Shown here: one piece after another, positions 18,859-29,378 of the stretch
How positions within the stretch are numbered: the first letter of the stretch is position 1
Layout of the letters: the number at the start of each line of letters is the position of its first letter
Source of the DNA: an uncultured bacterium
Lineage (GTDB): Bacteria; Omnitrophota; Gorgyraeia; Ghiorseimicrobiales; Ghiorseimicrobiaceae
Direction: 5' to 3'
Length of the DNA stretch: 64,000 nucleotides
Assembly: GCA_913009335.1 (NCBI GenBank)
Contig: CAJVXN010000001.1
Location: 71,709-135,708, forward strand
Program-made: the position numbers and the translations under genes
Notes under the pieces: generated by a model
What the model was told of the DNA's origin: nothing
Seen by the model: only the letters and a program-made list of their open reading frames with translations
Database searches by the model: none

Positions 18859-19371
18859 TTATTCCCAATTCGTAATATCATCTGTGCCTTCTGCGCCATC
18901 TTTCCCTAATGAATAAAGATCATAATCAGTCCTATGTTCCCCCGGAGATTTATATTTATATTCTCTACCCCAGGCATCTATAGGTCTTTTCTCTAAATAT
19001 GGACCGTTCCAGTTGATAGCCGAGCTAGATTTACTAAGCAATGCCGCCAGGCCCTCCGATGTCGAGGGAAAATTACCATTATCTAACTCATAAAGTTTTA
19101 ACGCTGTAGCAATGTTCGCCTGAATATCAGTCTTAACCGCGGCAATTCTTGCCTGCTCACTCCTTCCGGTAAGCCTTGGTAATACCATAGCTGCCAATGC
19201 CCCGATAATCACAACCACAAGCATAAGCTCAATAAGAGTAAACCCCGTTAGAGATAAGGTACCGAAGGTGTCTGTCGGTCGTCTTCGACGACCTATCTCT
19301 AACGGGGTAAACCCTATTATCCGCGTGATTTTCTTTACCGATCTTCTAAAATTAATCATTGCCCCCTCCAT
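18859..19371 (-). CDS. gspG: Type II secretion major pseudopilin GspG
   Basis: LSLTG|FTLIELMLVVVIIGALAAMVLPRL, and the GspG-typical C-terminus NGPYL...DAWGREYKYKSPGEHRTDYDLYSLGKDG. The ORF encodes a 45-aa leader that contains a second, degenerate GFTPLEI motif. Confidence 0.85.
   Translation of the reverse strand: MEGAMINFRRSVKKITRIIGFTPLEIGRRRRPTDTFGTLSLTGFTLIELMLVVVIIGALAAMVLPRLTGRSEQARIAAVKTDIQANIATALKLYELDNGNFPSTSEGLAALLSKSSSAINWNGPYLEKRPIDAWGREYKYKSPGEHRTDYDLYSLGKDGAEGTDDITNWE
19238..19314. repeat. Inverted repeat pair inside the annotated 5' end of gspG (15-bp perfect arms) with internal hairpin ggtcgtcgaagacgacc
   Basis: gtaaaccccgttagagata (19238-19256) and tatctctaacggggtaaaccc (19294-19314). 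Both arms lie in frame within the 45-aa leader, encoding IIGFTPLEI and LSLTGFTL. Confidence 0.6.
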
Positions 19372-19385
19372 ATTCTGATAATTAT

Positions 19386-20330
19386 TTATTCTCTCTCTAT
19401 CCCCGCCTCTTGCAACTCACTCTCTAAGTATTCCCGCCATCTATCTTCTAAATCTCTCAAATTTCGTATATAAGACGGATAAGCAAATCTGAATGCTTCT
19501 TCCAGTGATTTCCCGTCGCGTAGTTGACGGCAAAAATGAATGAATCTATCTGTTCCGTATCTCTGAATTAAAAATTCCACCACAGAAACAGACTGCAGAT
19601 AATACGTACTGACTAGTGTATTGGCATCTAAAAATAAAACTCCATCCGCCCCCTTCCTCGTGCGTATAGCGCGAATATAAACCCGCTCTATATCTTTAAG
19701 GCGCCTGACATCCAACGTCATTAAATCATCTATGGAAAGCAGCTTATCCTCCGAGTAAAACTGCATGGCCAGCTTTCTCATTTTAACTCTCTTTACCTCT
19801 TCTGACCACTGCGCGACACCTTCATCCAGCCATAAAGGTATCTCCCCTTTAAAGCCTACGAAATCACGAAATATCAAATGTGCTACTTCATGAGGAAGAA
19901 CAGATTCAATAAATTCCTTACTGAAAACATGGCTTGCAATAAACTTATCCGTATAACTAGCCATACCCTCGGACCACTCGGGTTGCCCGGTTGCCTTTAG
20001 AAAAGAACCCTGATCCGGATACATATAAATTTTCACCCTATTATCCCACAACCAAAACTCTGAATATCTGGGATACCCTAAATTTTTAGCAATCGTCAAA
20101 TAATACTTTTCCGATTTATTCAGTATTTCTTTCGCGAATTTTCCATCACCAGCATGATAAACAATAAAATGCTCGCTGCCTGATTGCTGCCAATCAATAG
20201 CAAGCAATATTTTAAAGGACAAAAAACAAAAAGTCAAAATTAAAAAAATGACCTTCGGAAAATTGATTTTTTTCATCCTTCTGTCGGATTTTAACCCAAA
20301 TTCCGGGTCTAATTTTCCATATCCTAACAT
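19386..20330 (-). CDS. Secreted/membrane-anchored MA-clan zinc metallopeptidase (Peptidase_MA_2-like, HEXXH...E)
   Basis: HEVAHLIF and the downstream WLDEGVAQW are gluzincin motifs. A signal-like segment follows an internal Met (MKKINFPKVIFLILTFCFLSF), so the true start is probably about 20276. The gene sits between gspF and gspG with 3-nt and 14-nt gaps. Confidence 0.6.
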   Translation of the reverse strand: MLGYGKLDPEFGLKSDRRMKKINFPKVIFLILTFCFLSFKILLAIDWQQSGSEHFIVYHAGDGKFAKEILNKSEKYYLTIAKNLGYPRYSEFWLWDNRVKIYMYPDQGSFLKATGQPEWSEGMASYTDKFIASHVFSKEFIESVLPHEVAHLIFRDFVGFKGEIPLWLDEGVAQWSEEVKRVKMRKLAMQFYSEDKLLSIDDLMTLDVRRLKDIERVYIRAIRTRKGADGVLFLDANTLVSTYYLQSVSVVEFLIQRYGTDRFIHFCRQLRDGKSLEEAFRFAYPSYIRNLRDLEDRWREYLESELQEAGIERE

Positions 20331-20333
20331 TTT

Positions 20334-21551
20334 TTATCTCGCCATTACATTAATCTCAAACACCGGAAGCAGCATCGCTACTACAATAAAACCCACAATA
20401 AGGCCGATTACCAAAATCATTAGCGGCTCTAACAAAGAAAACATCACCCGCATCTGCTCTTCAGTGTCGCGTTCATAGCTCGTGGCCACCTCTGCTAAGG
20501 ACTCCTGCAATCTACCTGATTCCTCCCCTACTATGATAAGATTACTCATAAAAGCCGGAATTAATTTTGAACTTTTAAGGCTCCTGCCGAATGAACCCCC
20601 ATGCTCTAATTCTTTACAACTCTTATCTATTACGCCTTTTAAAACCTCATTATCCAATACGGGTATAGACACATGAATCGCACTTAACGCATCAATGCCG
20701 CTCTTTAAGAGAAGCTCTAAGGTACGGCTAAAACGGGCAAGCTCTGCCTTAAGAATAAACTTTCCGAATACGGGAAAATGCAATTGAATCAAACTCATAT
20801 GCGCCTTTCCGGATTTTGTTTTAACAAAACGCGCTACTGTTAAAACAAAGGCCGTTAAAATTATAACTATCCAAAACCACCATCGCCGTAAACCCTCGCT
20901 TATCGCAATCAGCAGCTGCGTAGGTAAAGGTAAATTTTGCCCCATACTAGAGAATATTCCTGTAAGGCGAGGCATCACAAAAACAAGCATAAATATTACG
21001 GTTGCCACTCCTACTATACCCATAAGCACAGGATAAACCAAAGCCATCCGAAAACGGGAAAGCACCTCTTCTTGTTTCGTGCGATAATCCGCGACCCGCA
21101 ATAAAGACGCATCAAGCGAACCAGTATCTTCTCCGGTACGAACAATAGCAATATAAAGATTAGAAAAAACCCGGGGATATTTATTAAGTGCCGCGGAAAA
21201 CTCAAGTCCCTCTTTTATGGAATTATGTATATCAACTATAATACTTTTAAAATTACTGCTTTCTATCTGCTCAGAAATTATGTCCAAGGCATCCAGAATA
21301 GGCACGCCGGATTTTAGAAGACTTGCTAACTGCCGGCTAAAAATAGCAACATCCTTAAATTTCACTTTACCCGAACGCGTCCTTTTAGAGGATACCGCAC
21401 CCTGACCGGAATCGGTAAATTCCTTTACGCGGATAGGAAGGTAACCCATCTGGTGAATCTTTTCAATCGCATCATGCTCTGATTGAGCCTCAAGTTCTCC
21501 TTCTTTTATATCTTCCGGCCCTTTTTTCGCGCGATATTTATATATTGGCAT
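20334..21551 (-). CDS. gspF: Type II secretion / type IV pilus inner-membrane platform protein GspF/PilC
   Basis: 405 aa. Two GspF repeats, each with TM segments (VLMGIVGVATVIFMLVFVMP; EPLMILVIGLIVGFIVVAMLLP). N-terminus is typical of GspF. Confidence 0.85.
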   Translation of the reverse strand: MPIYKYRAKKGPEDIKEGELEAQSEHDAIEKIHQMGYLPIRVKEFTDSGQGAVSSKRTRSGKVKFKDVAIFSRQLASLLKSGVPILDALDIISEQIESSNFKSIIVDIHNSIKEGLEFSAALNKYPRVFSNLYIAIVRTGEDTGSLDASLLRVADYRTKQEEVLSRFRMALVYPVLMGIVGVATVIFMLVFVMPRLTGIFSSMGQNLPLPTQLLIAISEGLRRWWFWIVIILTAFVLTVARFVKTKSGKAHMSLIQLHFPVFGKFILKAELARFSRTLELLLKSGIDALSAIHVSIPVLDNEVLKGVIDKSCKELEHGGSFGRSLKSSKLIPAFMSNLIIVGEESGRLQESLAEVATSYERDTEEQMRVMFSLLEPLMILVIGLIVGFIVVAMLLPVFEINVMAR

Positions 21552-21601
21552 AACATCCTCTCAAACCCCTCCTTTTTAAAACGCGTCCGGAAGGTTTTTA
21601 G

Positions 21602-23821
21602 TTAACCGCTTTTACATATTTTATTGATTCTATTTCTCTCGCTACTAGTCAAATCTAAAAAACAGGCCGCGATTTCATACCTCTCGCCAAGAGTGTTTTC
21701 AGTAGCTCTGACTATTCTGGCCAAACACTCTATGGGCGCCTTGCGATCAAGTAGTTCAATCTTTAATTCCAAAAAGGAGCCTAAGGCATACGGCTCATCC
21801 GCAATGAATAAAACTCCCCCCGCGCTTATATCCTTCGTAACGCTAAAGTGTTCGGGGGCATCATCACGTTTAGATACCTCTAGTTTTGTGCGAAAAACCC
21901 TGTAGCTTATGTTTATCGTAGAATCCAAGCGAGAAAAAACCCTCTTATCTAAAAAACTTAAATCCGGTTTTCGCTGCTCTAGCGCATCGAGGTTATTTTC
22001 TCCTTTTTTTCCGTCTATTTCTATTTTTTCCGCTTCAGACGGATAATCTTGTTCAAATTGTAATGTATTAACGGCTGCCTGCCGGTTATCCGATGTTAAT
22101 AAAGAAGTATCGGACGGGGTCAATCGCATAACCTCTTCAGGGGTGGTGACTCCTGAAATCACCTTGGCCCAACCGTCATGACGCAAAGTACGCATACCTC
22201 TTTGTATAGCGAGATTTTTTATTTGATTTGTAGAAACACGTTTAATAACCAGATCCTTTATCGAATCATCAATCAATAAAATCTCATATACGGATGTCCG
22301 GCCAAAAAAACCGCTAAAATTGCACGTTTCGCATCCTTTACCGCGAAAAATCTTTACTTTACTTTCAGACTTTAATCCAAGCTCTTGAGCAATCTGCTTT
22401 TTAAGTTCAACTGCCGCGTCCTTATCCTCATATTTACAATGCGGACAAATAACGCGCAATAGACGCTGCGCGATAAAGGCTTCTACACTGGAGGCAACTA
22501 AATAAGGTTCCAGCCCTATATCAAGAAGCCTCGCGATACCGCTAGCCGCGTCATTAGTATGCAGAGTCGAGAAAACAAGATGGCCGGTTAAGGCAACGCG
22601 TATGGCAATTTCCGCGGTTTCTAAATCTCTTACTTCTCCAATCATCATTATATCAGGATCGTGCCTTAGAACACTACGCAGGCCCCGCGCAAAATCCAAA
22701 CCAATCTCCGGCATAACCTGTATCTGCGTTACCCCTGTCATCTCGCACTCAATGGGATCTTCTATGGTAATAATTTTACGATCCTTGGTATTGATCTTGC
22801 TTAAGCAGGCATATAAAGTCGTAGTCTTACCTGATCCTGTGGGACCGGTAACAAAAATAATGCCGTGAGGTTCTTGAATTAGTTTTTCGAAAACATCCAG
22901 ATCTATTTTCTGTAAACCCAGCTTTTCCAGGCTATGCAGCATCTGGGTGGGAAGTATTCTTATTACGACACTTTCGCCGAAAGGCGTAGGCATAGTAGAG
23001 ATTCTCAGATCAAGTACTTTATCCTGAATTCTAACCGAAGTCCTGCCATCTTGCGGAAGACGCCGTTCAACAATATTTAACCTGCACATAACCTTAATAC
23101 GTGAAATAATCGCGCTCAAAAAACTAGCCAGCTCATCAGAGGCTTTTACATCAAGAAGTACGCCGTCTATGCGATAACGCAAAGCAACTCCTCCCCGATA
23201 CGGTTCAATATGAATATCGGTAGCGCGTTTCTTATAGGCATCTGAGATTATCTGATTAACAAGTTTTATTACCGAAGCTGCTCCCGCTACCTTTTCGATA
23301 TCCTCAATTTTTCCGCGACCTTTATGGGTAACTTCCGGCACTGCTTCAACGCCTTCAGACGTAATTTTATCAAGTATGGCAGCCGTTGAGCCATAATACT
23401 TCCTAAGCCCCTCCAAAATATCATACTGACGGCAAAGGACTATTTCAATATTATAACCAAGCTGCATACGTATCTCATCTTTTGTCTTTATATCCAACGG
23501 ATATGAGACTGCTATGGTCAAAATATTAGCCTTAATTGCAAGCGGCAAAAAACTATAATAAGAAGCGACTTTTATGGGAATTTTACTGATAACCGACTTA
23601 TCTATAGAAGCTGTTCTTAAATCCGTATATTTTAACTTTAATTTCTTCGCCAGTATTTCTAAGATATCCCGCTCAACAACTATTTGCTTTTTAATCAAAA
23701 CATTATTTAAGGTAAGCTCGGAAAACTCAACTTCCGTTACAACCGAATCCAATACTTCTTTCGAAGCCAATCCTGACTCAATTAATGCCTCGTATAAAAT
23801 TTTATCGTATTTATTAATCAT
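21602..23821 (-). CDS. gspE: GspE/PilB-family secretion ATPase with C-terminal PilZ (c-di-GMP-binding) domain
   Basis: 739 aa. N-terminal GSPII_E_N-like region. Walker A is GPTGSGKTTTLYA. Tetracysteine motif CPHCKYEDKD...CETCNFSG. GspE C-terminus GMRTLRHDGWAKVISGVTTPEEVMRL. An extra ~180 aa carry PilZ motifs RVFSR (RxxxR) and TKDISAGGVLF (DxSxGG). Confidence 0.85.
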   Translation of the reverse strand: MINKYDKILYEALIESGLASKEVLDSVVTEVEFSELTLNNVLIKKQIVVERDILEILAKKLKLKYTDLRTASIDKSVISKIPIKVASYYSFLPLAIKANILTIAVSYPLDIKTKDEIRMQLGYNIEIVLCRQYDILEGLRKYYGSTAAILDKITSEGVEAVPEVTHKGRGKIEDIEKVAGAASVIKLVNQIISDAYKKRATDIHIEPYRGGVALRYRIDGVLLDVKASDELASFLSAIISRIKVMCRLNIVERRLPQDGRTSVRIQDKVLDLRISTMPTPFGESVVIRILPTQMLHSLEKLGLQKIDLDVFEKLIQEPHGIIFVTGPTGSGKTTTLYACLSKINTKDRKIITIEDPIECEMTGVTQIQVMPEIGLDFARGLRSVLRHDPDIMMIGEVRDLETAEIAIRVALTGHLVFSTLHTNDAASGIARLLDIGLEPYLVASSVEAFIAQRLLRVICPHCKYEDKDAAVELKKQIAQELGLKSESKVKIFRGKGCETCNFSGFFGRTSVYEILLIDDSIKDLVIKRVSTNQIKNLAIQRGMRTLRHDGWAKVISGVTTPEEVMRLTPSDTSLLTSDNRQAAVNTLQFEQDYPSEAEKIEIDGKKGENNLDALEQRKPDLSFLDKRVFSRLDSTINISYRVFRTKLEVSKRDDAPEHFSVTKDISAGGVLFIADEPYALGSFLELKIELLDRKAPIECLARIVRATENTLGERYEIAACFLDLTSSERNRINKICKSG

Positions 23822-23824
23822 CTT

Positions 23825-26518
<2,694 letters not shown>

Positions 26519-26534
26519 TAGGCAAAATCTCTAT

Positions 26535-28019
26535 TTACACCTTTTGCTTAAAATACTCTCTGAGATGTTCATTAAGTTTATTTTTTAAATCTTCGTTTAA
26601 TTCCTTTGTTTTTCTAAGCTCTGAGAAAAAATCCTTCTGGCGCGCTAAAATAAACTTAAAGATATCTTGCTTGAATTGTTTTATCTGTGAAACAGACAAG
26701 ACATCCAGCATGCCCTGGTTTAAAACATTCAGATAAACAATCTGCTCTTCCACGGCAATCGGTTTATTCTTATCCTGAATGATAAGCTGATTTATTGCCT
26801 CGCCTCTTTTCAGCCTAAGTTCCGCCTCTTGGGAAAGCCCTGTTGTTCGCAACTGCGTCATCTGCAAAAGTTCTTTATATTGAATGTAATCCAGCCTTAA
26901 TGTTTTACTTGCTTCCCGCATAGCCTTCCATTGCGCTTTATTGCCGATACGGGAAACCGAAAGCCCAAAATCAATAGCCGGCTTAAATCCCTTATTAAAA
27001 AGTGCTGTCGAAAAATATAACTGGCCGTCTGTCATAGAAATAATATTAGTCGATATATACCCGGTAACATCTCCCTGTAAAATCTCAACAATAGGAAAAA
27101 ATGTCATTGAACCACCACCTAATTCCGGCTTTAAGTATCCCGCGCGTTCCATTAACTGCGAATGAATATAAAATATATCTCCCGGATAAGCTTCTCTCCC
27201 GGGAGCACGCTCAAGCAGTAGTGATATTTGCCTGTATACCCAGGCATGTTTGGTCAGGTCATCAAAAACCACAAAAACATCCTTGCCCTTAGACATAAAA
27301 TATTCACCCAGCATACATGCCGTATATGGCGCTAAATACTGCTCCCCCGTAGACAAAGAAGCCACACCGCTTACTACTACCGTATAACTTAATGCGTCTT
27401 TTTCCATCAATGTTCGCACTACTTTCAAAAGACTGGAATAGGGTTTTCCAATACAACAATAAATACATATAACATCTTTACCTTTTTGATTCAAAATAGC
27501 ATCTATACCTACTGTAGTTTTTCCGGTAAGCCTATCTCCGATAATCAACTGACGCTGCCCTTTCGCGATAGGTATGATCGCGTCCAAAAGCAAAGCCCCC
27601 GTCTCAAACGTCTCCTTCAACGGAACACGCTCCATAACACCGGGTGCTACTTTAAATACGGGAAGAGTTTCATCCGCCCGAATGACTCCGAGATCGTCTT
27701 GCACCTCACAAAGTCCGTTTACTATGCGCCCGATAAAAGCATCCGACACCGGAAGATTTAAAGATCTTCCTTTATTGTATATCTCATCTCCGGCTCGAAT
27801 ACCGCCGGTATCACCCAAGACTAAAATCTGCACTTTATCTTCCGTAAAACCAAGCACCAAACCTAAAACACCGCTAGCAAACTCTACTATTTGCCCATTT
27901 ACGCAATATGGAAGGCCCGTGGCAATAATAACGAATTTACGCACAGACGCAACATGTCCGATCTCTTTAACATCAAACTTTCTATCGCTATTGCCTCTCT
28001 TTGGTTTGGTCTTATTCAT
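26535..28019 (-). CDS. atpA: F-type ATPase alpha subunit
   Basis: 494 aa. P-loop GDRLTGKTTVGIDAILNQ. Conserved alpha blocks ERAPGREAYPGDIFYIHSQLMERAG and ISMTDGQLYF. Overlaps the b/delta gene by 8 nt. Confidence 0.9.
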   Translation of the reverse strand: MNKTKPKRGNSDRKFDVKEIGHVASVRKFVIIATGLPYCVNGQIVEFASGVLGLVLGFTEDKVQILVLGDTGGIRAGDEIYNKGRSLNLPVSDAFIGRIVNGLCEVQDDLGVIRADETLPVFKVAPGVMERVPLKETFETGALLLDAIIPIAKGQRQLIIGDRLTGKTTVGIDAILNQKGKDVICIYCCIGKPYSSLLKVVRTLMEKDALSYTVVVSGVASLSTGEQYLAPYTACMLGEYFMSKGKDVFVVFDDLTKHAWVYRQISLLLERAPGREAYPGDIFYIHSQLMERAGYLKPELGGGSMTFFPIVEILQGDVTGYISTNIISMTDGQLYFSTALFNKGFKPAIDFGLSVSRIGNKAQWKAMREASKTLRLDYIQYKELLQMTQLRTTGLSQEAELRLKRGEAINQLIIQDKNKPIAVEEQIVYLNVLNQGMLDVLSVSQIKQFKQDIFKFILARQKDFFSELRKTKELNEDLKNKLNEHLREYFKQKV

Positions 28020-28752
28020 TAATCCTTGCTTTAGCCTGGATATCTTTCGCTTGCTGACGGATTTTATTACTCAAACTTCCATCTAGAACTAAATTTCCGA
28101 TAGTTACAATAATGCCGACGATAACCGAGGAATCTATCTCTTCTTTAAGACTTATGTCACGTTTTAACAATAGTTTTAATCTTTTAACTAAGCTTTTACG
28201 CACTTCCTGACTTAAAGGAAACGCGGAAATAACTTTTGCCTCTCGTATCCCATCGCCGACAGCCAAATCCTTAAGCTCATCAAATCCGTTTTTAATCAAA
28301 TCGTCTATCCAATATGATTGTGCCAATTTTTTAAAATCCAGCGGCAAGGAATCCCGCGTCAACTCACAGGCTTTTTTAATCGCTTCACCGGCTATTTTTT
28401 GCTCAATCTCCGCTATGAGACTCTTACGAGACTTATCTGCCTGCTGAATAAGATCATCACTTTGGATGTGCGCCTGATTTATTATTTTATCCCGCTCGCT
28501 TGTGATTTCCTTCCGGGCATCAAGCCTTATTTTTTCCGCCTCGCCGCGCGCCTGAGCTAAAATCTCACCCGATTTCTTTTCCGCGTCTTCCAACTTCTTG
28601 GCAGATTCGATTTCCTTGTTTTCGTAATCATGATTTAATTGATCAAGATGATCAGTGGCAGACGTGATATTTTTCGTCATTATCTTCCTGAATACATATA
28701 TAAGCACGCTAAAAACAAAAACTTGAATTATTATTAATGACGCGATTAACAT
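28012..28752 (-). CDS. F-type ATPase b subunit fused to C-terminal domain of delta (b/delta fusion)
   Basis: 246 aa. Single N-terminal TM (IASLIIIQVFVFSVLIYVF), then a long charged coiled coil as in b. The C-terminal ~90 aa match the delta/OSCP C-domain pattern (VISAFPLSQEVRKSL...VIVGIIVTIGNLVLDGSLSNKIRQ). Confidence 0.7.
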   Translation of the reverse strand: MLIASLIIIQVFVFSVLIYVFRKIMTKNITSATDHLDQLNHDYENKEIESAKKLEDAEKKSGEILAQARGEAEKIRLDARKEITSERDKIINQAHIQSDDLIQQADKSRKSLIAEIEQKIAGEAIKKACELTRDSLPLDFKKLAQSYWIDDLIKNGFDELKDLAVGDGIREAKVISAFPLSQEVRKSLVKRLKLLLKRDISLKEEIDSSVIVGIIVTIGNLVLDGSLSNKIRQQAKDIQAKARINE

Positions 28753-28855
28753 AGATTACCTCATTTTTTTAAATAAAATGTTATTTTCTAATTATATCAT
28801 ATTCGGCATGCAAGATAAAATGAATAATTACGCGACAAAAAGTTGTGCCGCCTAC

Positions 28856-28876
28856 TGTTGAGGCCAAGCCTCAACA
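28856..28876 (-). terminator. Stem-loop immediately 3' of the c-subunit stop (possible partial terminator/attenuator between c and b/delta genes)
   Basis: tgttgagg-ccaag-cctcaaca forms an 8-bp stem with a 5-nt loop, 4 nt after the TAA. A short U-run (acaacuuuuugu) lies 12 nt further on the transcript. It sits within a 127-nt spacer that is unusually long for this operon. Confidence 0.25.
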
Positions 28877-28879
28877 ACT

Positions 28880-29098
28880 TTATTGCGCGGAAAATAGCTG
28901 AAAAACAATTAACATTGCCGCAAACGCCACCATCTGGGTCAATACCAACGCTATAATCATAGCTGTAAAAATTTTAGGAGCTGCCGAGGGATTACGGCCT
29001 AATGCCCTAATACTGGCAAAACTAGTAGCGGCAAACACCGCGCACGGCCCTAAAATGCATATTCCAAAAATTACAATAAGTGCTACATTACGACTCAT
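28880..29098 (-). CDS. F-type ATPase c-subunit (proteolipid) homolog lacking the conserved ion-binding carboxylate (Gln55)
   Basis: 72-aa two-helix hairpin with the loop RNP (E. coli R41-Q42-P43). A gapless alignment puts Gln55 (codon CAG at 28934-28936) at the E. coli Asp61 position. The helix-1 glycine motif is degenerate (ILGPCAVFAATSFAS). Confidence 0.7.
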   Translation of the reverse strand: MSRNVALIVIFGICILGPCAVFAATSFASIRALGRNPSAAPKIFTAMIIALVLTQMVAFAAMLIVFQLFSAQ

Positions 29099-29137
29099 CT
29101 AACCCAGATTTTTTTATTAGAAAAATCTGCCCGTAGT

Positions 29138-29371
29138 TCAAGCTTCCTCAATTATTACTGTTACCTTATTTTGATCAACTCTTATGATCCCTCTACGTAT
29201 CAAAAGTCCTTCTCCGTCAATAAGTAATTTCCCGGAAATAAGACGGCTTAAAATACGCTTATGAAACGGCCCCACCTCAAATACCCCCTGTTCTCCGGGC
29301 ACAACGATACTTTTTACTTTACCTTTAAATACAATATTTTGAGGATTAAAAATAGAGACGTCTAGAAACAT
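29138..29371 (-). CDS. atpC: F-type ATPase epsilon subunit, N-terminal beta-sandwich domain only
   Basis: 77 aa, LDVSIFNPQNIVFKGKVKSIVVPGEQGVFEVGPFHKRILSRLISGKLLID.GEGLLIRRGIIRVDQNKVTVIIEEA. This follows the epsilon N-domain consensus (L.V.S...F.G.V..V..PG..G..G....H.P.L..L..G...I........GG.LEV....VTVLA..A). There is no C-terminal helical hairpin. Confidence 0.6.
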   Translation of the reverse strand: MFLDVSIFNPQNIVFKGKVKSIVVPGEQGVFEVGPFHKRILSRLISGKLLIDGEGLLIRRGIIRVDQNKVTVIIEEA

Positions 29372-29378
29372 TTATATT

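Noticed and set aside
18859-19371. Shortening gspG to remove the 45-aa leader (treating 19294-19371 as 5' UTR)
   Set aside because: No ATG, GTG or TTG in frame between the annotated ATG and the G|FTLIE site. The two other pseudopilins also have long K/R-rich leaders starting MF(K/M)(R/K), so the long leader may be genuine. I left it as annotated and flagged it.
29138-29371. Possibility that the 77-aa ORF is not epsilon but an unrelated small protein
   Set aside because: It matches the epsilon N-domain consensus along its whole length and sits in an atp gene block. I retained it at moderate confidence.
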